Positions 18,147 to 28,746 of a stretch of DNA of 64,000 nt are shown here, one piece after another. Below the pieces are notes generated by a model. It searched no databases, was not told the DNA's origin, and saw only the letters and a program-made list of their open reading frames with translations. Numbering within the stretch: position 1 is the stretch's first letter; every line of letters begins with the position of its first letter. A program made the translations under genes and the position numbers. Source of the stretch: Acidobacteriota bacterium (lineage in GTDB: Bacteria > Acidobacteriota > UBA6911 > RPQK01 > JADFOI01). The stretch spans positions 2,432,001-2,496,000 of the forward strand of contig OY760074.1 in the NCBI GenBank assembly GCA_963663035.1, given 5' to 3'.

Positions 18147-19337
18147 CTAGCCGACTTTTTCAGGAATTCGGCTCACTGTCGATGCCATCGTCTTTCCGAC
18201 AGCCTGCTCCTCAGCTCCATGTTCCTCTAACATCTGATCAAAGAGCGACCTTTGCCTCTGCTCATACCTGTATTCTCGTTCCGTGTGGGTGGGTTTCGTT
18301 CCAAAGAGGTTCAATTCCTTGGCCAACAGGCCACCCAGGACTCCAATCACCACGATAATGACCGCAGCATACTCATCTAACTGGACCGTGAAGGCAAAAG
18401 CAATGATTCCCAGCAGCACGGTGACGAAATACAAGAACAGCACAGTCTGTTTCTGGCTCAAACCCAGATCGAGCAAACGGTGGTGCAGATGCTCCCGATC
18501 TGCAGTGGCGATACCCTTATTATTGATGTAGCGGCGCGTCAGGGCAACCACTGCATCAAAAATGGGAATCCCAAAAATGATCACGGGCACGATCAAGGAA
18601 GAGAGGGCGAAGCTTTTCTGAAATCCGGTGGTGGAGAGACATCCCAGGGTAAAACCCAGGAACATGCTTCCCGTATCTCCCAGAAACACCTTGGCCGGAA
18701 AACGGTTATAGCGCAGAAAGCCCAGTGTTGCTCCCGCCAGGGCAATGTAAAAATAAGTCACCTCCCCGGCCTCGATATTGACGGAGATTAAAAAAAGCGT
18801 CACCGAAGTAAAAAGGGCAATGCCGCAAGCCAGTCCGTCCAATCCATCAATCAGGTTCATGGCATTGGTGAGGCCCACAATCCAGAGAACCGAAAGAGGA
18901 AAGGCCAACATTCCCAGGTCAAAGTAGTCCCTCGTTCCTGTCACAAGAGGATTGCTCGCCAGCTCAAACTGCACTCCCATGTAAACTGCAATACTGGCTG
19001 CCACAAACTGACAGGCGAGCTTTACAAAGGGGTTAGCATTATGGGTGTCATCCCATAATCCTATGGCAATAATGACCAAGCTCCCCACCATCATGCCCAC
19101 CAAACTGGTGCTCAGAACCTGGGGAATGTAGACGTTGACTGCGGCCCCCAGCAAGAGAGAAATGGCCACGGAAAGAAAGACTGCTGCACCGCCCAGTCGG
19201 GGAATGGGAGTTTTGTGCACTTTTCTGTCAGTGGGAATGTCTACGGCACCGATCTTAGCAGCGATCTTGATGGAGAGCGGCGTCAGGAGATTGACGGAGC
19301 CCAGAGCCACCAGAAATAAAAAGAGATAGATAATCAT
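18147..19337 (-). CDS. wecA: MraY/WecA-family undecaprenyl-phosphate HexNAc-1-P transferase
   Basis: RKVH..PIPRLGG, GLWDD, NAMNLIDGLDGLA, FLGDTG, DREHLHH; polytopic. Confidence 0.9.
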   Translation of the reverse strand: MIIYLFLFLVALGSVNLLTPLSIKIAAKIGAVDIPTDRKVHKTPIPRLGGAAVFLSVAISLLLGAAVNVYIPQVLSTSLVGMMVGSLVIIAIGLWDDTHNANPFVKLACQFVAASIAVYMGVQFELASNPLVTGTRDYFDLGMLAFPLSVLWIVGLTNAMNLIDGLDGLACGIALFTSVTLFLISVNIEAGEVTYFYIALAGATLGFLRYNRFPAKVFLGDTGSMFLGFTLGCLSTTGFQKSFALSSLIVPVIIFGIPIFDAVVALTRRYINNKGIATADREHLHHRLLDLGLSQKQTVLFLYFVTVLLGIIAFAFTVQLDEYAAVIIVVIGVLGGLLAKELNLFGTKPTHTEREYRYEQRQRSLFDQMLEEHGAEEQAVGKTMASTVSRIPEKVG

Positions 19338-20587
19338 TTTAGGCGACCTGCAAGACTTGACTCCTGCCTTTCCAGCCCAGGTCTGCCGGCCAGCGTATGG
19401 GTGGTCCGAGGAGCAACCGTACTGGTGTTCTCAGGTGGCAGATGCCGTTGATAAACCTGGTGAATCATTTCCACCATTGAGTCAGCCGAGTGCTCTTGCC
19501 CGATTCGATGGGCGCCTGCCTGGCCCATTTTTTGCCTGAGGTCGGGGTCGGTGATCAGGGTCTCCAGCCGCTTCACCAAGGCGTTCACATCTCCGGGGGG
19601 AATGAGATATCCGCTCACCTGATCTTCCACCAACTCCGTCAGGCCACCCACCCCGCTAGCCACCACGGGTTTTCCGGCTGCCATGGCCTCCAGAGCCACT
19701 CTTCCCATCCCTTCATAGAAGGAAGGAAGAACTGACACGTCAAGAATGGCTGTAATTTCTGGAACATTGGTCCAGAAGCCGGTGAAAATCACGGCTTCTT
19801 CGATCCCCAGAGATTTGACTTGTTCCCTTAATTTCTCTTCCAGATTCCCATCTCCCACAATCAGCAGTTTCACTCGGTGCCCGCTCTTCAGAAGTCGGGC
19901 CATCGCATCAATCAGCTGTTCATGGCCCTTCCCCTCCCACAGCTTGGAGACCACGCCAATCACCACTTCTTCCGCTTCAATTCCGAACTGAGTTTTAAGC
20001 TCGGGGCAAGGGGCTTGATTTCGAAAGCTCTCCACTTCAATTCCGCTGAAGATCTTGACGAACTTCTCTGGTGGGGCGATCTTCTCTCGCTGCGCCCACT
20101 CCACCATGGGCTGAGAGACGGCGATCATCTGGTCACACCAGCCTGCCGCCATTCGTTCCAGGACAATAAAGAGATGGCGCACGACCCAGTTCTCTTCATC
20201 ATGAAAGGCAAAGCCGTGAACGGTGTGGATGACAATTGGAACGTGGTTCTTCCTGGCAGCAAGACGTCCCAGAAAACCCCCTTTTGAGTTGTGAGTGTGG
20301 ACCAGATCGAATCTCTCTCGTGCCAACAAACGGTCCAGCTGCCACAGGGCGTGAAGATCCTTGAAAGGAGACAACTCGCTGACAAAGTTTCGGATGGGGT
20401 AAAACTGCAGGCCGGCCTCGCGAACCAAGGTTTCTAATTTCCCACCGGGAGCACTGGCGAGGCCCACCTCAGCTCCACAATTCGCTGAGCCCTGCATCGT
20501 CCGAAGTGTAGCGATCCCCGAGCCACTGACAACGGGAAGCGTATGAACATGCAGGATCCGCCGGCCGGCCAGAGAGACATTCTCCAT
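19334..20587 (-). CDS. GT4 glycosyltransferase
   Basis: HTHNSKGG, KGH, EGMGRVALEAMAAGKPVV. Confidence 0.92.
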   Translation of the reverse strand: MENVSLAGRRILHVHTLPVVSGSGIATLRTMQGSANCGAEVGLASAPGGKLETLVREAGLQFYPIRNFVSELSPFKDLHALWQLDRLLARERFDLVHTHNSKGGFLGRLAARKNHVPIVIHTVHGFAFHDEENWVVRHLFIVLERMAAGWCDQMIAVSQPMVEWAQREKIAPPEKFVKIFSGIEVESFRNQAPCPELKTQFGIEAEEVVIGVVSKLWEGKGHEQLIDAMARLLKSGHRVKLLIVGDGNLEEKLREQVKSLGIEEAVIFTGFWTNVPEITAILDVSVLPSFYEGMGRVALEAMAAGKPVVASGVGGLTELVEDQVSGYLIPPGDVNALVKRLETLITDPDLRQKMGQAGAHRIGQEHSADSMVEMIHQVYQRHLPPENTSTVAPRTTHTLAGRPGLERQESSLAGRLK

Positions 20588-20641
20588 TCACTATTTATTG
20601 TACCGAATATAATGCGTCATCCGCGGTAATCGCCGGTAGGA

Positions 20642-22153
20642 TCATTGGATATTCACAAAGACGGGATTTGACAACACATTGTAGATGTTTCCGCGCCACC
20701 GAGCTCTCATCCGAAAATAGTGTCGACCCGATGGGAGTTTCTGCGTGCTCGTGATCTGGATGGGTAGGTACTGCTCAACCTGCTCCACGACCTCTCCGTT
20801 TCGGATCAGTTCAAGATGGAAGGGTCTATCCTCTTCAGGAGGATTATGGAGCCAATCCAAGTGAATGTGCACCTGGACAGGGGATTCACCCTCCACTTCA
20901 CCTCCTTGAAAAGCCTTGGCTCCCTCAAAGGTTTCCACACTGAGTTGGTGCAAACGAAGCTTTTCCTCCGGCTGTTGGAAGGTGGCGTAACCGCTTCCCT
21001 CACGAAGTGCTTCAAGAACGGCCGCTTCCGACTTCTCCGGCATCAAGAGGATGGTTTGGCCTCCGACAAGGTCGTACCAGCTTCCCGGGTTACCTTTGAA
21101 GTAATGAAAATTGATTCCGGTGGTCAAAAAGGGAGGTGTCCTGCGCCAACCTTCGATATAGGAATTTAGGGCAAGGTCCCATACTCTACCGGGCAGAGTT
21201 GCCGTGATCCGATCGCCGTAGATCCCTTCAATCCCATGGTAACCATCGGTCAGGAGGAGATCTTCCGCGTGAGGCTGGCTCACCATTTTGGCTCCCCCCA
21301 TTTGAACATCCGGATAACGAGCTTCTGGATAGCTCCAATAGACGATTCCACCCCGTTTATTCACATAATCGATCACACGCTGATAAGGAAGAATGTCCTG
21401 CTGACCTGAGTGCGGATCACCCAGCCTCCCGAAAGGATAGTTGTTCCAGGCCAGCAGCAAAGCGAATAGCATGATGCTCGTTGCTACTGCCCAAGGACGC
21501 CGCTTACGCAGGATCGTGTAGTCGCTGAGATGAATTTTCAGGTAGCTTCCTGACACCAGCAGGAGAATCCCGCAAAGAAAGATGCCCGAGGGAACGAGGA
21601 TCAAAGTCCAATGGGTAGCAGTATTTCCCCAGGTCTCATTTCCGATGACCGGCAGATTTTCAAGTTGCCGCTCCGTCAGTCCCAGGACAATCAGATGGCG
21701 GTCGAAATTGTAGAGTGTCGGCTCAATCCAGGGCTCTCCCTTCCAATAGTAGTAGGGCGTCACCTCCACGCCCGGGAGAATGACCAGATCAGGAAACTGC
21801 TTTTGTGCCTCTCGTACAGCGGCAAAGTAACGCCCGATTCCATAATCCCGAACCCCTGGCCGAACCATTTTGTTGATTCCCTCAACGGCGATTCGATCGA
21901 ACGGCCAGATCCCATAGACTACCGTGGTCAAAAAGGAGTCGGTCAGAACCAGTACGTCAATGTTTCGTTCCCTTGCAAAACCTGCCAGCTCTGAGACCTC
22001 ATACTCACCGTTGCTAAAGGTGGAATGGACATGAATGGCGGCCGGGTAGTGCTTCAGCTCTTTTGTTGCAGCTTCCCCCTGAAAGCAAAACAAGAACAGG
22101 AGAAAAAGCAAAAGGAAGGGACTGCACTTAGAAGAAGTGTTCAAGAGAACCAC
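20642..22153 (-). CDS. Exported, membrane-anchored PHP-fold protein
   Basis: Signal-like N-terminus; IHVHSTFS, LTD, PGVE motifs; two internal TM helices; C-terminal YFRMR...SNPVFV. Confidence 0.7.
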   Translation of the reverse strand: MVLLNTSSKCSPFLLLFLLFLFCFQGEAATKELKHYPAAIHVHSTFSNGEYEVSELAGFARERNIDVLVLTDSFLTTVVYGIWPFDRIAVEGINKMVRPGVRDYGIGRYFAAVREAQKQFPDLVILPGVEVTPYYYWKGEPWIEPTLYNFDRHLIVLGLTERQLENLPVIGNETWGNTATHWTLILVPSGIFLCGILLLVSGSYLKIHLSDYTILRKRRPWAVATSIMLFALLLAWNNYPFGRLGDPHSGQQDILPYQRVIDYVNKRGGIVYWSYPEARYPDVQMGGAKMVSQPHAEDLLLTDGYHGIEGIYGDRITATLPGRVWDLALNSYIEGWRRTPPFLTTGINFHYFKGNPGSWYDLVGGQTILLMPEKSEAAVLEALREGSGYATFQQPEEKLRLHQLSVETFEGAKAFQGGEVEGESPVQVHIHLDWLHNPPEEDRPFHLELIRNGEVVEQVEQYLPIQITSTQKLPSGRHYFRMRARWRGNIYNVLSNPVFVNIQ

Positions 22154-22196
22154 AAAATATGATACCCGATTTGGGAGTCAACGTGGGGCACGGAAT

Positions 22197-22655
22197 CTAC
22201 CTGATCGGATCCCCGTCCAGCCAGTCATAGCCGATTTCCGAATCATCGTGGGGAATACGACCTTCGTCCTCTGGATTGTAGGTGTGAGAAGTAGCGTAAA
22301 GAAGACTTGCGGGCCCGCTGATGCACTTGCAACCGTGAGCGACACCGGGGGGGATCTTGAGAACGCTTGCCTCGTGGCGATCCCCTAGCATCATTTCCAT
22401 ACTCTGACGGTAGGTAGACGATTCCGGTCGCTTATCGTACAAGACGACCTTCAAAACTCCCGTGCAGACATACCACCAGTCCGTCTGCTTGTTATGAATA
22501 TGCCAGGCCTTGATGACTCCCGGGTGCATCAATGAGTGACTCCACTGCCCAAAACCCTCCTCGAAGAAATCGTCCGTCACCCGAATGATCTCGCGAAAAA
22601 ACCCACGCTCGTCTCGGTGGGTCTTCAAACTTCTGACAACCACCCCATCAATCAT
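22197..22655 (-). CDS. dTDP-4-dehydrorhamnose 3,5-epimerase-like cupin
   Basis: DERGFFRE, KAWHIH..QTD, IPPGVAHG. Confidence 0.85.
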   Translation of the reverse strand: MIDGVVVRSLKTHRDERGFFREIIRVTDDFFEEGFGQWSHSLMHPGVIKAWHIHNKQTDWWYVCTGVLKVVLYDKRPESSTYRQSMEMMLGDRHEASVLKIPPGVAHGCKCISGPASLLYATSHTYNPEDEGRIPHDDSEIGYDWLDGDPIR

Positions 22656-23731
22656 AGAGGCGTAGCCTCGCTTAAGATTTTGACAATGCGTCTGGCGGCA
22701 TCTCCATCTCCAAAGTCAAGCCGGCGTGCTTGAGGTGGCTTGATCGTTGCAACGGCATGAACGATGTCGGATTGATCAGCTCCAACCACTACGTTCCAGC
22801 CAGACTCTACGGTTTCAGTCCATTCTGTCTCCGGGCGTAGCGTTACACAGGGTACGCCGACAAAATAGGCTTCCTTCTGTACACCCCCGGAATCGGTGAG
22901 GATCACTCGGGCATTCTGTTCAAGCATGAGCATGTCAAGGTAGCTTACCGGTTTGATGCTCTGGACATTGGGCATTTGAGATAAATCCAGTGCGCCATTC
23001 ACCCCACTAAGACTGTGTTTCGTCCTGGGATGAATGGGGAAAACAATCGTCTCTTTTATCTCGGCAAAAGCACTAAGAATGCTGCACAGAGCTTCGGGAG
23101 AATCGGTATTGTAGGCACGGTGAACTGTGGCTAACAAGTAGTTTCCTGGCTTTAAATCCAGTTTCTCAAGTATCTTCGAGCGCTGGCGGGCGACATCGCC
23201 AAAGGACAACACCGAGTCGTACATGGTGTCTCCGACAAGGTGTACTCCCCTGGTAATGCCCTCTCTAGCCAGGTTCTCAATAGCGGTCTTGGTTGGGCAG
23301 AAGAACAGGTCAGAGCAGTGATCAGCAATCTGGCGATTACGCTCTTCGGGCATTTCACGATTGAAGGACCGCAAGCCAGCCTCAACATGGGCCAGGGGAA
23401 CATTCAGTTTCACTGCAGCCAGGGCAGCCGCCAGAGTCGAATTGGCGTCACCATAAACAATGACCCAATCCGGCTTTTCCGACTGGAGAACTTCCTCCAC
23501 ACCCATCAGCATGTGAGCCGTTTGGAACCCATGAGTTCCTGATCCTACTCCTAAGTTCAGGTCGGGTTCAGGAAGTTCCAGTTCTTCAAAGAAAACGCGA
23601 GACATCTCCGTATCATAGTGTTGTCCAGTGTGTATCAAGATTTCCTGGTGATGGTTTTTCCTGAGCTCCTTACTGACGGGAGCAGCCTTGATAAACTGGG
23701 GGCGGGCTCCTACGATTGTGACGACTTTCAT
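22652..23731 (-). CDS. wecB: UDP-N-acetylglucosamine 2-epimerase (non-hydrolysing; WbpI/WlbD-like)
   Basis: GARPQFIK, HTGQHYD, HVEAGLRS, TDSGGVQKEA. Confidence 0.93.
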   Translation of the reverse strand: MKVVTIVGARPQFIKAAPVSKELRKNHHQEILIHTGQHYDTEMSRVFFEELELPEPDLNLGVGSGTHGFQTAHMLMGVEEVLQSEKPDWVIVYGDANSTLAAALAAVKLNVPLAHVEAGLRSFNREMPEERNRQIADHCSDLFFCPTKTAIENLAREGITRGVHLVGDTMYDSVLSFGDVARQRSKILEKLDLKPGNYLLATVHRAYNTDSPEALCSILSAFAEIKETIVFPIHPRTKHSLSGVNGALDLSQMPNVQSIKPVSYLDMLMLEQNARVILTDSGGVQKEAYFVGVPCVTLRPETEWTETVESGWNVVVGADQSDIVHAVATIKPPQARRLDFGDGDAARRIVKILSEATPL

Positions 23732-24846
23732 GGTTGAGTCTCAGAACCAACCATGGCGCCTTCTAATGCAGCCACAACCTCCTGCACCTGTTGGTCGGAC
23801 ATCTCCGGGTAGACTGGGATGGCCAGGGTTTCGCGACTCATTTGTTCTGTAACCGCGAGATCACCCTCCTTTAATCCGAGAAACTGGCAGGGCTTGGTCA
23901 AGTGCAGGGGTTGGGGATAGTAGATAGCAGAGCCAATCCCTTTCTCTCTCAGAATTTGGATAACCTCGTCACGCTGCCTCAGTCGCACCACAAAAAGATG
24001 AAAAACGTGCTTGACCGAGCTGGCTTCATAAGGCACCCCTATGCCGAGATCAGAAAGTTGTTCCTTATATTGGGCCGCCACCTCACGACGACGTTGGTTC
24101 CAGACATCAAGGTAGTTCAACTTTACCCTGAGGATTGCCGCCTGTAGCTCATCCAGACGACTGTTGTGCCCTGTCGTCTCGGGGAAGTACTTTTCCCGCC
24201 ACCCGTGGGTTCGCAGCATTCGCGCCCGCTCGTAAGTTTCAGCGTCGTTGGTGACCACCATTCCCCCATCGCCATAGGCTCCCAGGTTCTTGCTTGGAAA
24301 GAAACTCAAACATCCTGCATCGCCCAGGCTTCCGGTTTTTCTGCCATCGTACTCGGCTCCCATGGCCTGGGCATTGTCCTCAATGACTTTTAAGCCGTGA
24401 GTCCCAGCCAATTCCAATAGGGGGCCCATAGAGGCTGGATGCCCATACATATGGACTGGAATGACGGCCTTGGTACTGGGTGTCAGCTGCTCTGTGACCT
24501 GCTGCACATCAAGACAGTAGGTGTCGGGTTCGATATCGACGAATACGGGTCTCGCACCCACCTGCAGAACCGCTTCAGCCGTAGCAAAGAAGGTATAGCT
24601 GGGCACAATCACCTCATCGCCAGCACCGATGCCTAGACTCTCCAAGGCGATGATCAGGGCGTCAGTGCCCGATGCCACCCCGATAGCATGTTTGACCCCC
24701 AGGTAGGCCGCCACTTCCTGTTCCAACTCTTGAACATTGGGACCAAGCACAAAGTGTCCCGACTCCAAGACCTGTTGAATCGCACCGTCAATTTCCGACT
24801 GAATTGCTCGATACTGAGCTTTTAAGTCAACCAGCGGTATTGTCAT
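23728..24846 (-). CDS. DegT/DnrJ PLP aminotransferase (WbpE/WlbC-like)
   Basis: ASGTDAL, IEDNAQA, SFFPSKNLGAYGDGG, NSRLDELQAA. Confidence 0.93.
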   Translation of the reverse strand: MTIPLVDLKAQYRAIQSEIDGAIQQVLESGHFVLGPNVQELEQEVAAYLGVKHAIGVASGTDALIIALESLGIGAGDEVIVPSYTFFATAEAVLQVGARPVFVDIEPDTYCLDVQQVTEQLTPSTKAVIPVHMYGHPASMGPLLELAGTHGLKVIEDNAQAMGAEYDGRKTGSLGDAGCLSFFPSKNLGAYGDGGMVVTNDAETYERARMLRTHGWREKYFPETTGHNSRLDELQAAILRVKLNYLDVWNQRRREVAAQYKEQLSDLGIGVPYEASSVKHVFHLFVVRLRQRDEVIQILREKGIGSAIYYPQPLHLTKPCQFLGLKEGDLAVTEQMSRETLAIPVYPEMSDQQVQEVVAALEGAMVGSETQP

Positions 24847-25435
24847 GATCCGTCTCACTCGGACTTACCTTGGGTCCTTCCTTTGAATAGCGGGTGCCGC
24901 AGCTGCCACATTCTGCCACCTTCTGGTCATCTTCCGGCCCAAAAATCAACTTTGTCCCACACTGACAGACCCAGCCCCGAAGCCTTCCGGGATTCCCATA
25001 GACGAGGGCATAATCCGGGATGTCCTTGGTGATGACCGCACCAGCCCCCACAAAGGAGTAGCGCCCCACCATCATTCCACAAACAATGGTGGCGTTCGCT
25101 CCAATTGAGGCCCCTCGCTTGACCAGTGTTTGCTGATATTCATTTCTTCGAGAAACATGGCTGCGTGGATTCACCACGTTGGTGAACACCATCGAAGGAC
25201 CCAGAAAGGCATAATCTTCTACGGTAACGCCCGTATAAACAGAAACGTTGTTTTGGATTTTGACATGGTCACCAATGACCACATCAGAACCGATAAATAC
25301 GTTTTGGCCGATATTGCAATCGTCCCCAACCTTGGCCCCTGCCATCAGGTGAGAGAAGTGCCAAATCTTCGTTCCCGTGCCGACCTCTGCTCCCTCATCT
25401 ACAAAACTGGATTCATGAGCGAAATAGTCTGTCAT
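24827..25435 (-). CDS. Hexapeptide N-acetyltransferase (WbpD/WlbB-like)
   Basis: KIWHFSH, NIGQNV, KIQNNVSVY, FTNVVNPRS, C-terminal CxCG zinc ribbon. Confidence 0.93.
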   Translation of the reverse strand: MTDYFAHESSFVDEGAEVGTGTKIWHFSHLMAGAKVGDDCNIGQNVFIGSDVVIGDHVKIQNNVSVYTGVTVEDYAFLGPSMVFTNVVNPRSHVSRRNEYQQTLVKRGASIGANATIVCGMMVGRYSFVGAGAVITKDIPDYALVYGNPGRLRGWVCQCGTKLIFGPEDDQKVAECGSCGTRYSKEGPKVSPSETDHDNTAG

Positions 25436-26442
25436 TTCGCTTCAGCCTCCGCTAGCTCGGACAGCGACACCGGCAGACTGCCTGTCTCCAAGGACCTTTG
25501 GCTTGCCTCCAGGACCTTGAGCACCCTCAAGGCACTTTCACCGTCGGTCAACGGAGACGTGTGCTCGCGAATGCAGGTCAGAAAGTGCTCGCACTCGAGC
25601 CGCAGTGGTTCCGTCTCATCGAAAAACAAGGTTGTTTCCGCAGTCTGGCGGGGAACCGGAAGTCCAGCTTCCCACTCGATTCCCTGGTCATAAATCTTGA
25701 GTTTGCCCTCGCGAGCTGTGTCATCGAACACCGCCATTTTCTTCTCACCAATGACAACCAGTTTTTGTTCCTTGTAGGGGTGGAGCCAACTGACAAAAAT
25801 GTGTGCTCTCACCCCATTTTCGAAAAACAGGCTGGTCACCGTCACATCCACAATGCCCGGCTGCAGGTAGCTTCCACCAGAAGCGGTCACCTCATTGGGC
25901 TCGGACTCTAATAGCTCGCAAATCACCGAGATATCGTGAGGGGCAAAGCTCCACAAGATATTTTCTTCCTGTCGAACCTTCCCAAGATTGAGTCGACTTG
26001 AATAGATGTACCAGATTCTACCCAACTCATTCTTCTGCACGATGTCTTGGAGCAACCTTACCGCTGGGTGGTAGTTGAGAATGTGACCCACCATGAGCAA
26101 CACGCCACGGTCCTTGGCCAAGGTCACGAGTTCCCGTCCCTGCTCATACTTGAGCGCCAGCGGCTTCTCGACAAAAACGTTCTTGCCCCTCAGGACTGCT
26201 TCCTTGACATGTTCGTAGTGGGATTCAGCTGGTGTGGCAATTGCCACCGCCTGAATGCTGTCTTCAGTAAGTACTTCTTCCAAACGGGAGGTTCGGCGAA
26301 TGTTGGGGTACTCCTCAGAGTAAGCCTGCAGGAGCTCGTCGTTGCTGTCACAAATGCAGCCCAGTGCTCCCAGCTGGGCAAAATTGCGCACCAGGTTTTT
26401 ACCCCAGTAGCCACAACCGACAACAGCTAAGCTCTGGTCCAT
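25432..26442 (-). CDS. Gfo/Idh/MocA oxidoreductase (WbpB/WlbA-like)
   Basis: VGCGYWGKN, VEKPLA, RLNLG, APHDIS, VSWLHPYK. Confidence 0.92.
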   Translation of the reverse strand: MDQSLAVVGCGYWGKNLVRNFAQLGALGCICDSNDELLQAYSEEYPNIRRTSRLEEVLTEDSIQAVAIATPAESHYEHVKEAVLRGKNVFVEKPLALKYEQGRELVTLAKDRGVLLMVGHILNYHPAVRLLQDIVQKNELGRIWYIYSSRLNLGKVRQEENILWSFAPHDISVICELLESEPNEVTASGGSYLQPGIVDVTVTSLFFENGVRAHIFVSWLHPYKEQKLVVIGEKKMAVFDDTAREGKLKIYDQGIEWEAGLPVPRQTAETTLFFDETEPLRLECEHFLTCIREHTSPLTDGESALRVLKVLEASQRSLETGSLPVSLSELAEAEAK

Positions 26443-26478
26443 TTACCCATTCCCCAATCTCAATTTCGGCCAAGTACC

Positions 26479-26558
26479 CACAGGACTTCGTAGAGTCACC
26501 CTATAATATAAAATTAGAGTGGCATAGAGAGTGGCATAACTCGTTGCTTGTCATGAAA
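26479..26558. promoter_or_regulatory. Conserved divergent intergenic element, copy A
   Basis: 57/68 identical (hand count) to 31304-31371 after removing an internal 12-bp tandem duplication; contains TATAAT. Confidence 0.7.
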
Positions 26559-26587
26559 GGATGCATTTGACAGTTCACTTGGAGACT

Positions 26588-27649
26588 GTGAATAGGGCGC
26601 TGAGAATAGGGATGATCGGAGTGGGTTTCTGGGGTCCGAAACTTCTTCGAAACCTTGTTGAGATGAACGAAGCGGATGTTGTGGCCGTGGCGGATCTGGC
26701 TGAAACAAATAGAAGAAAGGTCGGACAAACGTATCCCAGCCTGAGGGTCATTGAAAACCACAGAGAGATTTTGGAGAACCCTGACATCGAGGCAGTCGTC
26801 ATCGCCACCCCTGCGGCGACCCACTTTGATCTGGTCCAGGAGGCTCTGAAGGCGGGTAAACATGTTTTGGTAGAGAAACCGCTTTGCACCAGCACCGATG
26901 AGGCGTTGCAATTGACGCAAATGGCCTCCCAACGAGGTGTGATTCTCATGGTGGGTCACACCTTTCTCTACAACGCCGCAGTCCGAAAGGCGAAGGAATA
27001 TATCGATAGTCGTGAACTGGGCAGTGTTCTCTATCTTTACGGTAGGAGAGTGAATCTGGGGAAAGTTCGACAGGATGTGAACTCACTGTGGAATTTTGCA
27101 CCCCACGACATTTCCATAGTGAACTACTTGTTGAGTTCCGTTCCCGAGTCGGTCCAGGCCTTCGGAGCGTGCTACATTCAGAAGGACATTGAAGACGTCG
27201 TTTTCCTCAACATGCGCTACCCAGATGGGGTGATCTGCTCCCTGCACTTGAGTTGATTGGATCCCAAAAAGGTTCGGCGGATGACGATTGTCGGAACCGA
27301 AAAAATGCTGATCTACAACGACGTTTCAAGCGACCAGAAAATACAACTCATTGACAAAGGCGTTGAAATCAAGGGTCGGGAGCCCGGCAATGACGAGATG
27401 GTGAATTTTGGTGAATATCAGGTACTGCTCCGTTCCGGCGACGTTTTGATCCCCAAGGTGAATTTTATTGAGCCCTTGCGAGTAGAGTGCACCCATTTTG
27501 TGGAGTGCTGTTTCAAAGGAGATACCCCTTTGACCGATGGGTTGAACGGTCTCCAGGTGGTTGCCGTTCTGGAAGCCGCCTCCCGTTCACTGCAAAACTC
27601 AGGCTCTGAGGTGGAAGTCGATTATCTTGAAGCCAGGGCAGAAGCTTGA
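26588..27649 (+). pseudogene. Second Gfo/Idh/MocA oxidoreductase with in-frame TGA at 27254-27256
   Basis: The two track ORFs are in the same frame; LHLS*LDPKK aligns to IFVSWLHPYK of the paralog, implying TGG->TGA. Confidence 0.88.
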
Positions 27650-28704
27650 AGGTCCTTTCTGTTCTGGGCACCCGGCCCAATTTCGTGAAGGAGTTTCTGG
27701 TACATCGGGAATTCCAGAGAAGGGAAATCAAGGAAATCATCGTTCATACTGGACAACACTATGATTACGAAATGTCTCGAGTGTTTTTTAATACTTTCGA
27801 TCTTCCCGATCCTCACTACCATTTCGAGATTGGAGCCAGAAGCAGTGTGGCCTCAACTGCAGAAACGATGCTGAGCCTCGAGGATGTGCTGCACAAGGAA
27901 AAGCCGAACGCCGTTCTTTCCTATGGAGATGTCAATTCGACTACCGCAGCCGCCATAGCCGCCGTAAAGACCAAGATCCCGTTCGTGCACGTTGAAGGAG
28001 GAATTCGGACACCTTTTCTGTACAATCCGGAGGAGATCAATCGTCGGCTTTCCGATTGTGTGGCCGATTTGATTTTCACGTGTACTCGTACCGACACGGA
28101 AAATCTCTGCCGGGAAAACGTTCCCAGGGAGCGGATCTGCTTTTCGGGAGATTTGATGAAAGATGCATTGCTGTACACACTGGAGACACAATCCATTCCC
28201 GTCAAGAGAGGCGACTATGTGGTGGCAACGATTCACCGTGAAGAAAACGCTGACAATCCGCAGCGACTTCGAGAGATTATGCATGGCCTGGTTCAGAGCG
28301 AACAGATCATCCACTTTCCTGTACATCCTCGAACCAGAAAACGCTTGGAAAAGTTCGGGATTCTGGAAGAGGTGAAGAGCTGCGACCGGATTCGGATGAC
28401 AGAGCCCACAGGATATCTTGAATTTATACGTCTCCTGGCAGGTGCTGACAAGGTCGTGACTGATTCGGGCGGAGTGCGAAGAGAGGCTTTTCTTTTGAGA
28501 AAACCGGTGATTATTCCAGTTGAGCTGGTGTGGTTTCCGGAAATTCTGGAAGCGGGTTGGAAGATCCATGTTCCACCCAAGGCTTCAGAAGTGGCTGAGG
28601 CTATCCGGGAGTTTGAGCCCACAGGACCGCACAACCCCGAGATCTTCGGTAACGGGGAGTCGGCGCGAAAGATCGTCGACAACATCGTAGAGCATTATCA
28701 ATAG
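27646..28704 (+). CDS. wecB: UDP-GlcNAc 2-epimerase, second copy
   Basis: GTRPNFVK, HTGQHYD, YGDVNST, PEEINR, TDSGGV. Confidence 0.9.
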   Translation: MKVLSVLGTRPNFVKEFLVHREFQRREIKEIIVHTGQHYDYEMSRVFFNTFDLPDPHYHFEIGARSSVASTAETMLSLEDVLHKEKPNAVLSYGDVNSTTAAAIAAVKTKIPFVHVEGGIRTPFLYNPEEINRRLSDCVADLIFTCTRTDTENLCRENVPRERICFSGDLMKDALLYTLETQSIPVKRGDYVVATIHREENADNPQRLREIMHGLVQSEQIIHFPVHPRTRKRLEKFGILEEVKSCDRIRMTEPTGYLEFIRLLAGADKVVTDSGGVRREAFLLRKPVIIPVELVWFPEILEAGWKIHVPPKASEVAEAIREFEPTGPHNPEIFGNGESARKIVDNIVEHYQ

Positions 28705-28746
28705 TGAAACCGGGCCTTCACGTCGTCGATGAGATGAAACAGTTTC

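Noticed and set aside
26495-26525. XerCD dif-like site in the duplicated element
   Set aside because: Only ATAATATA resembles dif; the arms do not match in either copy.
27254-27256. Alternative genetic code or selenocysteine
   Set aside because: TGA ends many genes here (coaE, plsC, gmd); the homologous residue is Trp, not Cys.
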